NCBI GenBank assembly: GCA_034520965.1
Contig: JAXHMY010000005.1
Span: 1 to 64,000 of the forward strand
Source: Spirochaetia bacterium
GTDB taxonomy: Bacteria; Spirochaetota; Spirochaetia; DSM-16054; Sediminispirochaetaceae
DNA length: 64,000 nt
Direction: 5' to 3'
This document shows, in pieces, positions 1-9,311 of the stretch. Under the pieces are notes generated by a model. That model did no database searches. It was not told where the DNA came from and saw only the letters and a list, made by a program, of their open reading frames with translations. The position numbers and the translations under genes are program-made. How positions within the stretch are numbered: position 1 is the stretch's first letter; each line of letters opens with the position of its first letter.

Positions 1-329
1 TGTTGAATGGTTATGGCAGCGATCCGTATGTCACTTCAGTCGGACATTGGGGTTCCCGCTTCCCGGAGCTGACGGAAAAGATGTGCGTACCCTCGTGTGG
101 TCTCCATTGTGGGCATAAGTACTTCCACACGTTCTCGTTGGAGAAACTGGTCGAAAATACGCTCGTTTTCTCTTCCTTTGCTACCAACTGCAAAACCTGC
201 ACGTAACTCAGCTATAACTATGAAGGGAACACAAATTCTTGTGGCTTTACGGAAAACCTGAACCGCCTCGGGCACTGCATCCACAAAGTCCCTATACCGA
301 TTCGTATCTATTGCAATATCTATTGCCAT
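1..329 (-). CDS. vapC: VapC-like PIN-domain toxin (runs off the window start; apparent TGA at 36-38 probably a sequence error)
   Basis: IAIDTN...IAEL PIN motifs; after the stop the same frame continues SDIRIAAITIQ, matching the PIN NDxWIAA motif; overlaps the antitoxin stop. Confidence 0.85.
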
Positions 330-562
330 AGTTCCTGCTCAATAGTATCCTGTTCGCTAAGGGCCTGCTCGAACTCCTCATCCTGCTGCCATGTCCCGAT
401 AAGATCATCGAGATCTTTGTGCTCCTGTTCCTTATCCATACCAATGCCTCTTTTAATGGCGTCCACTATGGCCTGGTTCAAACTTACATTGCGCCGTCTA
501 GCCCATTCACGTAATGCTCGATCCAAAGCACTGGGTATGTTCCTCACAGTATATTGCCGCAC
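320..562 (-). CDS. FitA-like ribbon-helix-helix antitoxin
   Basis: GTG at 562 preceded by AAGGAG; QYTVRNIPSALDRALREWARRRNVSLNQAIV RHH pattern; acidic tail; directly upstream of the PIN gene. Confidence 0.8.
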   Translation of the reverse strand: MRQYTVRNIPSALDRALREWARRRNVSLNQAIVDAIKRGIGMDKEQEHKDLDDLIGTWQQDEEFEQALSEQDTIEQELWQ

Positions 563-758
563 TGATTGCTCCTTTTGCATACAATGTATACATAAAATGC
601 CTACACTTGAAAGTGTAGGAAAAAAGCACTGGGAGGTCAAGACAAAACTTTCCGGCGAATCTCCGGCAAAACTCCGGCGAATCGATAGAGGATGTTAACT
701 TTTTCCTTCAGGTTGTAGGATTATCAAAATAGAAGTATACTGAATAAAGGAATTTATT

Positions 759-3700
759 TTGAATAAAAAAAAACCATCAAATGAGTCTATTACTCGTGAT
801 AAGACTTCACCGTCGGAATCCTTTTCATTTCCAATTGTAGGCGTTGGGGCGTCTGCCGGAGGATTAGCGGCCTTTGAGGCTTTCTTCTCCGGCATGCCCA
901 CCGAAACCGACCCGGGAATGGCCTTTGTGCTGGTGCAGCACCTCGCCCCGGACCACAAGAGCATGCTCACGGACCTCATCAAGCGGTACACGCGGATGCG
1001 GGTCTACGAGGTAGAAGACGGGATGACGGTACACCCGAACAGCGCCTACATTATTCCTCCCGGCCATGACATGTCGTTTATAGACGGCACCTTGAAGCTC
1101 CACGAGCCCGCAGCCCCCCGCGGCCATCGCCTTCCTATAGACTTTTTTTTCCGCTCCCTCGCGGAGGACCAGGGAGAGCGGGCCATAGCCGTGGTGCTCT
1201 CGGGGACCGGGAGCGACGGCGCCCTCGGCATACGGGCAATTAAGGGGGAAGGGGGCATGATCATGGTGCAGTCCCCCGAATCCACCGACTTTGACGGGAT
1301 GCCCCGCAGCGCGATCGCCACCGGCATGGTCGATTATGTGCTTCCCCCGGCGGAGATGGCCGACGCGCTTATCTCCTACACCTCCCGCGCCTTCGGCGAG
1401 ACCGCCGCCGAGGCGAAGGCGCCGGAAAAGGGGAAAGAGAAGAGCCTGAAAACAATCTTCAAGCTGTTGCGGAAGCACAGCGGCCATGATTTTTCCCACT
1501 ACAAGCCGACTACCGTCTTGCGACGCATCAAACGACGCATGGCACTTCTGCAGATCGATGGAATCGAGAAGTATGTGGAGTATGTGCAACAGACAAGCGA
1601 TGAGCTCGATGCACTGTTTCAGGACCTGCTTATAGGGGTGACGAACTTTTTCCGGGATGCCGAGGCGTTTGCGGCACTCGAGGAGTCGATAATCCCGCAG
1701 CTCTTTGCCGGAAAGCGTTCCGGAGATTCCCTGCGGGTGTGGTCGGCGGGCTGCTCCACCGGCGAGGAGGCCTACTCCATAGCCATCCTTCTCCACGAGT
1801 ACATGGAGACCCTGCAGGAGAACTACAACCTCCAGGTATTTGCCACCGACATAGACGACCGGTCTATCGCCGCCGCCCGCGGCGGCATCTATCCCGCCAG
1901 TATCGCCGCCGACGTGAGTCCCGAGCGCCTCTCCCGCTATTTTACCGAGGAGTCGGTTACATCGGAGGGCATACCGGAGAGCTACCGCATACACAAGAAG
2001 ATTCGGGATGTGATGATTTTCTCCAAGCAGGATCTCATCAAAGACCCGCCCTTCTCCAATCTGGATCTTATAAGCTGCCGCAACCTCATGATCTATCTCA
2101 ACGGAGAGGTACACAAGAAACTCATTCCCCTTTTCCACTATGCCCTGCGGCCGGGGGGCATGCTGTTTTTAGGTACTTCGGAGAGCATCGGCGAATGCAC
2201 CGATCTTTTCCACACTCTCGACCGCAAGGCCAAGCTCTATCAGCGCAAGGATACCGCCGCCGCGCATTACAAGTCCTCCGGGAGCTTTCTGCCCCCCATG
2301 TTTCCTCCGCAGAGGATGCTCCGCGGAGCAAGAGCAGCCCTCGAGGCTGCAGCAAAAAGACCGCCCTCGCGCGAGGTGGCCGAGAAGACACTCCTCGAGA
2401 AGCTTGCCCCCGCAAGCGCCCTGGTAAACGAGCATGGGGACATCTTCTACCTCCACGGCCGAACGGGGATGTTCCTAGAGCCGGCTACGGGGGAAGTAGG
2501 ACACTACAACATCCTCAAGATGGCCCGGGAAGGTTTGCGTCACGAACTGACCATGGCCCTGCGTAAGGTCGTGCAGGAGGGCGGGACCATCCGTCGCCCC
2601 GGCTTGCGCGTCAAGACCAACGATCACTTCAGCCCGGTAAATCTGAGCATTTGCCCGGCGGCGGATACCTCCGATGGAACGTCAAGCCCGCCCCTCTACC
2701 TGGTGATATTGGAAGAGGGGGAGCGCGATACGGCCAAAGGAAAAGAACCGCCCGACCTGAGCAATGAGGACGACGACGGAGGCATAGCAGGACATCAAGA
2801 AGGAACTGCGGCTCAAAGAGGAGTACCTGCGGACGGCAAACGAGGAACTCGAGACCGCCAACGAGGAGCTCAAATCCTACAACGAAGAGATGCAGTCGAT
2901 GAACGAGGAGCTCCAGTCAACCAACGAGGAGCTGGAAACCTCTAAGGAGGAGCTGCAGTCGGTCAACGAGGAACTCGCCACGGTCAACACCGAACTGCAG
3001 AGCAAGGTAGCGGACCTCTCGCGTGCCAACGACGACATGAACAACCTGCTCGCGGGCACCGGTATTGCCACCATCTTTGTCGACCACCAGCTTCGTATCC
3101 TCCGCTTCACCCCCGCCGCGAGCGAGGTAATAAACCTGATAGGCAGTGATGTCGGACGGCCCGTTGGGCATATCGTCTCCAACCTCGAGAATTACGACCG
3201 CATGATTGCCGATATCCAGGAGGTGCTCGAGAGCCTTATTCCCAAGGAGGTGGAGGTGCGCAACAACGGGGGCGACTGGTTTACCATGCGCATTCTGCCC
3301 TACCGCACCATGGACAACGTAATTGAGGGGGCGGTAATCAACTTCGTAAATATCACATCCCGCAAGCAGATGGAAGATGAGCTAAAAAAGCAGCTTTCAG
3401 AGAAGGAGCTTCTTCTGCGGGAGGTCCACCACCGGATAAAAAACAATATCGCCTCTGTTGGATCGCTCCTCTCGATGCAGATCCAATCCGTGAGCAACCA
3501 GGAGGCTCTCTCCGTCTTGCAGGATGCCGTCGGTCGTGTAAACAGCATGAAGGTGCTCTACGACAAACTCCTTATACAGAACGACTACGAAGATAGCTCG
3601 GCTAAGAGCTATACGGAGGGACTTATCGAATCGTTGAGGAACCTCTATTCCGACGAAACACATCTTACAATTGAGACACGGATCGACGAGTTCAACCTCC

Positions 3701-4005
3701 CACAAAAAACGCTGTTTTCCCTCGGAATCATTATCAACGAACTTTTTACCAATACAATGAAATATGCCTTTGCCGATAAAACCGGCGGGTCGATAGTCGT
3801 CTCACTGACGAAGACGGAAAATCAGGTAACCCTCACCATACAAGATAACGGTCGGGGGCTTCCCGAAGATTTTGCCATCGAAGAGTCAACGGGCTTTGGA
3901 CTCACCCTTGTCAGAATGCTCATCGAACACCTGGGTGGAAGCTATGCGATTGAGAATCGGGAGGAGTCGGAAGGGGCGAGAAGTATTTTAGAATTCGATG
4001 TGTAA
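759..4005 (+). CDS. CheB methylesterase-CheR methyltransferase-coiled coil-PAS-HisKA_2 histidine kinase fusion (one frameshift near 2775-2790)
   Basis: CheB triad motifs GASAGG, VQHL, GSDGA; CheR WSAGCSTGEEAYS and SCRNLMIY; NEELQS heptads continue in the other frame from about 2791; EVHHRIKNN, NELFTN, QDNGRG, GFGL. Confidence 0.9.
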
Positions 4006-4020
4006 TATTCCTCCAACCTG

Positions 4021-4064
4021 TGTACGCTACCGAACAGACGGCAATGGCTGAGAAAGTGTAAGTT
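4021..4064 (+). promoter_or_regulatory. Crp-type box TGTACGCTACCGAACA-GAC with -10 TAAGTT (4059-4064)
   Basis: One of seven related sites, each with a TAnnnT hexamer 21-22 nt downstream. Confidence 0.65.
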
Positions 4065-4094
4065 TGAAATATCTTATGCAGAGGAGAAGATAAT

Positions 4095-4289
4095 ATGCCG
4101 TTGTTTGAATTGTTAATAGTGTTGGTTGTCGTGGGGGTAGTTCTTTGGCTAATCAATAACTACATACCGATGCAGGCGAATATCAAGAAGATATTGAATG
4201 TGGTTGTTATAATCGTGGTGATTTTGGTTATCCTGAACGCCTTTGGAATCCTGGATACAGGTCCGCGATTTAGGATAGGCAGATGGTAG
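4095..4289 (+). CDS. Small two-helix membrane protein (Thivi_2564-like family)
   Basis: GAGGAG RBS; LIVLVVVGVVLWLINNYIPM..IKKILNVVV pattern. Confidence 0.8.
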   Translation: MPLFELLIVLVVVGVVLWLINNYIPMQANIKKILNVVVIIVVILVILNAFGILDTGPRFRIGRW

Positions 4290-4312
4290 AAACGCTGTTT
4301 CATAACATAACA

Positions 4313-4334
4313 GACCGAGGTTCAGTGCTCGGTC
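4313..4334. terminator. Hairpin between convergent genes
   Basis: GACCGAG-8 nt-CTCGGTC. Confidence 0.4.
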
Positions 4335-4354
4335 AGGTCGTCAGATATTAGGTA

Positions 4355-5080
4355 TCAGATATCAGGTAATAGTCGCTGAAATTCTGCTCTGACAACCTCG
4401 TAGCATTCGCACACCCGGGCCTCAAGGCCCGGTCGATTCAGCACGGTGATACGGCCGCGATGGTAGTTGATGAGGCCCGATTTCTGCAGTTTTCCGGCTG
4501 CCTCGGTTACCCCTTCCCGCCGGACACCCAGCATATTGGCGATTAGCTCCTGGGTCATACTCAACTCGTTGGTCGGTAGACGGTCGAGGCTGAGCAGCAG
4601 CCATCGGCAAAGCTGCTGATCCACCGTGTGGTGCCGGTTGCAGACTGCAGTTTGCGCCATCTGGGTGAGAAGCGCAAGGGTGTAACGCAGTAGAAGGTGC
4701 TGCACTCCCCCGGAACGGTTGAACTCCTGGGTCAGTATCGTTCCTTTTAAACGGTATGCCTGGCCGGCGCTTTGCACTACTGCACGATTCGGCATGGTCT
4801 GCCCGCCCAGAAACAGCGCGATTCCGACCACCCCCTCTTTGCCGACCACCGCAATCTCTGCGGACGATCCATCCTCCATAACATACAAAAGCGATACAAT
4901 AGCGTCGGTGGGAAAGTAGACCCACTTTAGTTCCCCTCCCGACTCGTACAACACGTCGCCAAGCGGCATGGGTACCAGCTCCAAATGAGGGGCAATCTGC
5001 TGAAAGTCGGAATCGTTCAAAGCGCCAAGCAGACGATTTTCACGGGGGTTCGGTTTTTTTACTTGTTCTGGGTCATACAT
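4355..5080 (-). CDS. Crp/Fnr family transcriptional regulator
   Basis: cNMP-like beta-barrel (VVGKEGVVG) and C-terminal HTH_Crp_2 (MTQELIANMLGVRREGVTEAAGKLQKSGLI); AGGAGAG RBS. Confidence 0.93.
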   Translation of the reverse strand: MYDPEQVKKPNPRENRLLGALNDSDFQQIAPHLELVPMPLGDVLYESGGELKWVYFPTDAIVSLLYVMEDGSSAEIAVVGKEGVVGIALFLGGQTMPNRAVVQSAGQAYRLKGTILTQEFNRSGGVQHLLLRYTLALLTQMAQTAVCNRHHTVDQQLCRWLLLSLDRLPTNELSMTQELIANMLGVRREGVTEAAGKLQKSGLINYHRGRITVLNRPGLEARVCECYEVVRAEFQRLLPDI

Positions 5081-5168
5081 GATGCTCTCCTATAATAAAT
5101 TATAATAATTGGTAATTACCAAGTCAATAAATACCTGCGAGTATAGGTCAGCTCATATCAGGACGCTA

Positions 5169-5211
5169 TGTGCGCCGGCGCACAGACGACTGGCCCTGCC
5201 TATGGTATCTT
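5169..5211 (+). promoter_or_regulatory. Crp-type box TGTGCGCCGGCGCACA-GAC with extended -10 TGgTATCTT
   Basis: Perfect 16-bp palindrome 5169-5184; -10 at 5206-5211; divergent from the crp gene. Confidence 0.75.
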
Positions 5212-5240
5212 TACATTATCTTGATTCAAGGAGGAGTAAT

Positions 5241-5303
5241 ATGGGTATTATAGGTGTATTAGTTGTAGTTATTCTGGTAGTTGTACTTGTCTCGATTCTT
5301 TAA
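5241..5303 (+). CDS. 20-aa hydrophobic micro-protein, copy 1 (MGIIGVLVVVILVVVLVSIL)
   Basis: AAGGAGGAG RBS; length and frame conserved in three copies; many differences synonymous. Confidence 0.7.
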   Translation: MGIIGVLVVVILVVVLVSIL

Positions 5304-5456
5304 TAGCAGCATGTGGGCCCAGGTTTGAGGACAATTTATGTGTCTTCGACTATTACGATGAATACACTGGAAGCTGACGCACAACACAAATATGCTATCG
5401 CGTATATGGATTTAACTTATTTCTTGATAGATATTAATCCCAAATACAGGACGCTA

Positions 5457-5499
5457 TGTGCACTGGCGCATAGACGACATGCCCTGCATATGGTACCTT
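5457..5499 (+). promoter_or_regulatory. Crp-type box TGTGCACTGGCGCATA-GAC with extended -10 TGgTACCTT
   Basis: Same spacing (21 nt) as the other copies. Confidence 0.7.
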
Positions 5500-5528
5500 T
5501 AAATTATCTTGATTCAAGGAGTAGTGAT

Positions 5529-5591
5529 ATGGATATTATAGGTGTATTAGTTGTAGTCATTCTGGTAGTTGTACTTGTTTCAATTATTTGA
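5529..5591 (+). CDS. 20-aa hydrophobic micro-protein, copy 2 (MDIIGVLVVVILVVVLVSII)
   Basis: AAGGAG RBS; TGA stop at the position of the TAA in the other copies. Confidence 0.65.
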   Translation: MDIIGVLVVVILVVVLVSII

Positions 5592-5754
5592 TAACAGCAT
5601 TCGGTAGATTACATAATTTCTTGATCTGATGGCCGACAGTGAAAAACATGGAACCCGGGGGGGGCATGATAAGCCCCCATACGTCCGGGTCCTTATACAC
5701 TTCAAATTTACTCGCCATATTAAACTCCTTTGTTGGCTGCTGTGCATTGACTGA

Positions 5755-6258
5755 TCACTTAATAATCTTTGCAACTCGCAGCACGAAGCCGACGACTGCC
5801 GCAAGGTATCCTGCCCCCATTGAATAGCCTCCTGCCTGAATTGTAACTTGTATACCGAAGGTTGTTGTTATGAAGTGGAGAAACTTCGAATTGCTCAGCG
5901 AGAGGAATTTGAGGGCCACTACTATGGACAACAATAAGCTGACCGCCAGCAAAGCGCAGCCAACGAAATAGCCGAAATCTCTCTTGCTGACATACGTGGC
6001 CACAATGCTCAGTAGGGCACACAGAAACACGCCAAGCAGTGCATATCCGTACAGGTCTGCGATAGGTCCCAGAAGCGTGGCCTTCCCCAACTGCTGCGTA
6101 TTTCCAAGGATGCCTTGCGCAACCTGATATCCACCCAAATCGTATGTGATCGGAAGAAAAAGTCCTAGAAAAACAAGGAGACCAGCAGTTTTCAGAATGG
6201 TTGTAGTAGCCGACAGCTTCATTGTGTCTCTCATAGACTTCACTCGGTACTTAATCAT
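5755..6258 (-). CDS. Hypothetical multi-pass membrane protein
   Basis: AGGAG RBS; about 4 hydrophobic segments; co-oriented downstream of the DUF3494 gene. Confidence 0.65.
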   Translation of the reverse strand: MIKYRVKSMRDTMKLSATTTILKTAGLLVFLGLFLPITYDLGGYQVAQGILGNTQQLGKATLLGPIADLYGYALLGVFLCALLSIVATYVSKRDFGYFVGCALLAVSLLLSIVVALKFLSLSNSKFLHFITTTFGIQVTIQAGGYSMGAGYLAAVVGFVLRVAKIIK

Positions 6259-6389
6259 CTTCTATTCTCCTAATTATTTGTATTGACTATTATTTTCAAT
6301 CGGGACTATCAAATCGCCGCTGTGGGAACCTGGGGAGGGCGTTGTCCGCCCTCCATCAAATCCGGGTTTCCTCGATTCTTTGACTTTTG

Positions 6390-7184
6390 TTACGGCTGGG
6401 TAACCGCGTTCGCGTCCAACGTAACCGCTTTCTGTGAGTGCAGCCGTCCGTTCACCGAGGCCCCAGTTTTGAGCGCAATTTCGGTTGCGGTCATGAGCGT
6501 TCCCGCGAACACCGAAGTAGTACTGAGTGTCGCGTTCGATCCGACCTGCCACACGATGTTCTCAGCCAGCGCGCCGCCGGCAAGAGTTACCTGGACGCCG
6601 TTTGCCACGGTGAGGTCGTTTGCTATCTGGAATACCCAGGTTGCGGTCTCCGAACCCCAGAGCGTGACGTCGCTGTTGATAGTGACACCGGTTCCCCACT
6701 TGTAGAGCCCCGGCTCGATGGTCAAACCGCTGATATCCCCGGAGCCGAGCTCGGTGGCATCCGGATCCGGCAGGTCGGCAGCGGTCGTGTACGCCGTCTC
6801 CATGTCGCCGACCGCCGCCGTCAGTTCGGTGGGAGTAGGCTCTTCGTAGTCAAAAGCGTAGAGTCTGCCGTTTACATTATCCGATGTCGAGAACTCGTTG
6901 GTTGAGTCCATTGTCAGCGAAAAGCCTGTTAAGGACGTATCAACCGTTCCGATGTTGCCCGTGATCGCCGTTGTTATTGCGGTGTTCGTGATCCCGGCCT
7001 TCGTTAAGGATCACGTAGTTGCCGGCGGACCCAAGGCTTACCGCAGCGGGCCCTCCGTTGGGACTGGGCACCGAGCAGCGCCCGTCCCCGCGCCAGTAGA
7101 ATTGCACCTCGCAAGAGCCAGGATACCAACGATGGCAACCATCAACACAAGTAGTCGCCTCTTTTTAAAATTAGTACTCATCAT
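6390..7184 (-). CDS. DUF3494 ice-binding-like (lipo)protein (two compensating frameshifts near 7005 and 7070)
   Basis: Signal MMSTNFKKRRLLVLMVAIVGILALARC; stitched frames give PAAVSLGSAGNYVIL-TKAGIT..ITGNIG, then AVGDMETAY, PGLYKW, WVFQI, NIVWQV, GRL..Q.AVTLD. Confidence 0.88.
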
Positions 7185-7297
7185 AAATCTCCTTTCCTCT
7201 CCCAGGATTTTGCGTGAAACATTTCTGTATGCTCCACATTATCAAAACGTTGAAACCTTATAGGCTTCTTTGGTTATTTTTAACCTTCTTATTATTG

Positions 7298-7340
7298 AAA
7301 GTATGCTTTCTTTTGCGGATAGACTGTTCGTTGCCGCACA
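7298..7340 (-). promoter_or_regulatory. Crp-type box TGTGCGGCAACGAACA-GTC with -10 TACTTT
   Basis: Box 7325-7340; -10 at 7303-7298, 21-nt spacing; upstream of the 7184 start. Confidence 0.7.
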
Positions 7341-7380
7341 TAGACCAGCTATTTTTATGAAATTTCTGTCAGTCAATAGA

Positions 7381-7401
7381 GGGCGGCACTGAGAGCCGCC
7401 C
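7381..7401 (-). terminator. GC-rich hairpin after the Ig-DUF3494 gene
   Basis: GGGCGGC-7 nt-GCCGCCC. Confidence 0.55.
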
Positions 7402-7423
7402 GTAGCATCTGTAGAACTCCGTT

Positions 7424-8517
7424 CTATTGCGCGGGCTCGGTCACGGTGGCCTTATCAAGGGCAACTTGGGTCTGTGTCAGAGCGCGTCCGTTCATCGATG
7501 CCCCTGTATCAAAGGTGATATCCTTCATGCTCAGAATTACTCCTTCAAAGTGGGAGCCCGTCTCAAGTAGCACCCCGCCGCCGCCGGCGACCTGCCAGAA
7601 GATGTTCTTCGCCTGCGCGCCACCTGATAGGATCACACTCTTATCGGCCGCTACCGTCAGATCACCGCTCATCTGGAATATCCAGACGTCGTTCGCGCCA
7701 CCGGAGATAGTGACATCAGAGGATGCTGTTACCGAAGAGCCCCACTTGTGAAGACCTGGTTCCAGTGTCAGGGTACCAATCTCGCCGCCACCCTCGTCCG
7801 AAAAATTAGGGTTCTGTCTTCCTTTCGCATCGGTATACGCAGTTTCCATGTCAGAAATTGCGGTAGTCATCATAGTCGGTGTAGGAGGTGTCATGTCGGC
7901 CGCGTAGAGAACCCCTGTCACCTGGGTGATGTCGAGTAACCTGTTGCCTTTGTTTGAGAAAAGCCGGTCAGGTAGGTTTCAGCGGCCGGGCTTACACCGA
8001 TGTCGCCGGTGATTACCGAATCAGGGACTGTTGAGATTCCCGTCTTCGACAGAATCGCAAAGTTTCCCGCGGTGCCTAGCAGTACCGGGTCCGGGCCGAG
8101 GCCGGCTGCTGCGGTTGTAAAGGTCCAGACATAGTCCTCATCCATGTTGTTGCCGTTAATGTCGGTGACGGAGGTGTTTAATTTTGCCGTGTACTCGATC
8201 TCATTGACCAGAAGCTCTGTTGGTGCAAACTTGGCAGTCTCATTGGGCAGGTCATAGGTTACGTTTCCATTGACAGCCGTAGTACCATTCAGGACAGTAA
8301 AATTCGCCCCTACTATGGTTGCATGATCCATCGCCTCGCTGAATTTTGCGGAAATTGTACCAGTGGTGCTTACATCTGTGGCATCAGAATCCGGCATGGT
8401 AGAAATTACCGTCGGTGCCGTGAAGTCCCCTGCGGAACCGGAGGAATTACATCCCATAAAAGCAAATATAGTAAATAGTGCGATCAGGGATATTAGAATT
8501 GTTTTGGTCTTCATCAT
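7424..8517 (-). CDS. Lipoprotein with Ig-like (Big_5-type) domain and DUF3494 ice-binding-like domain (frameshift near 7920)
   Basis: Lipobox FMGC; APTVIST.P...FSEAMD...YVWTFTT Ig domain; LGTAGNFAILSKTGIS, AISDMETAY, WIFQ, NIFWQVAG, NGRALTQT. Confidence 0.92.
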
Positions 8518-8646
8518 ATACTCCTTTGTATAATTAGAATTGGATGATGAAGAATAGAGTGCGCTTGGTCCCGTATTTTTGGGTAAGTCTTTGCACCGTA
8601 AGCAGAACGCCTCCTTTCGTTCATAGATTCTCCACGATCTAATAAG

Positions 8647-8690
8647 AAGATACGCAGAAAGGATAATCGTCGTCTGTACGGTAGCGCGCT
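8647..8690 (-). promoter_or_regulatory. Crp-type box AGCGCGCTACCGTACA-GAC with -10 TATCTT
   Basis: Box 8675-8690; -10 at 8652-8647, 22-nt spacing. Confidence 0.6.
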
Positions 8691-8728
8691 TAGCGGTACG
8701 GTTTGATCTACATATATACTTGGGGCTA

Positions 8729-8771
8729 TGTGCGCCGGCGCACAGACGATAGACCCTGGGATAGGTATCTT
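8729..8771 (+). promoter_or_regulatory. Crp-type box TGTGCGCCGGCGCACA-GAC with -10 TATCTT
   Basis: Palindrome identical to 5169-5184; -10 at 8766-8771. Confidence 0.75.
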
Positions 8772-8800
8772 CTAATTATCTTGATTCAAGGAGGAGTGAT

Positions 8801-8863
8801 ATGGGTTTAGCTAGTGTATTAGTTGTAGTTATTCTAGTAGTTGTACTTGTCTCAATTCTTTAA
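8801..8863 (+). CDS. 20-aa hydrophobic micro-protein, copy 3 (MGLASVLVVVILVVVLVSIL)
   Basis: AAGGAGGAG RBS; same cassette as 5160-5303; below the ORF-track cutoff. Confidence 0.7.
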   Translation: MGLASVLVVVILVVVLVSIL

Positions 8864-9018
8864 TAACAGAGGGAACCAAGAGCAGAGTTTCACGGCTTTA
8901 TTAAGGAAAAATTACCTTGCCGGCACTGTTTTCCGTCGGAACTTGGAGGCGGGCAGTGCGAGGCAATAAATAAAGTGTAATCTGGAGAGGTAAATTTTTT
9001 GAATGGATGTGACTTTTA

Positions 9019-9061
9019 TGTGTGATAGCGAACAGACGGATAAAATTGGGTAGAGTATAAT
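9019..9061 (+). promoter_or_regulatory. Crp-type box TGTGTGATAGCGAACA-GAC with consensus -10 TATAAT
   Basis: Box 9019-9034; TATAAT at 9056-9061. Confidence 0.75.
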
Positions 9062-9067
9062 GGCATT

Positions 9068-9247
9068 ATGTCGGATACAAATGAGTGCAGGAAGAAAGAA
9101 AATGACACTGGAAAGAAATGGTATGCCGGGATGGATGCGTTAGAAGCTCTCTGGCGGACAAAGATAGCGGAGAGCCGGGTAGAATACCTTGAAACTTTTT
9201 TACAGGTGACCAAAAAACGATCAAAACCCGATTTTCCCCGTAATTAG
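9068..9247 (+). CDS. Candidate leaderless 59-aa hypothetical protein
   Basis: ATG 6 nt after TATAAT, no SD; open to TAG 9245-9247 (MSDTNECRKKEND...DFPRN). Confidence 0.35.
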   Translation: MSDTNECRKKENDTGKKWYAGMDALEALWRTKIAESRVEYLETFLQVTKKRSKPDFPRN

Positions 9248-9311
9248 TGCGTGTCATACATGCCGGAAATTAATCGTACCAGAGTCTTTTTATAGTTGAA
9301 GTGAAGAAAAC

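Noticed and set aside
1..60. TGA readthrough or selenocysteine in vapC
   Set aside because: Three apparent single-base insertions around 30-45 explain the stop; no SECIS evidence; window edge.
864..2566. Long antisense and alternate-frame ORFs (424 aa, 275 aa) over cheBR; similar ones at 13671, 41048, 45426 and 51216
   Set aside because: Shadows of GC-rich coding sequence with no motifs of their own.
5109..5591. ORF-track 64-aa and 92-aa ORFs
   Set aside because: Their upstream parts run through the promoter boxes; the strong RBS points to the internal ATGs at 5241 and 5529.
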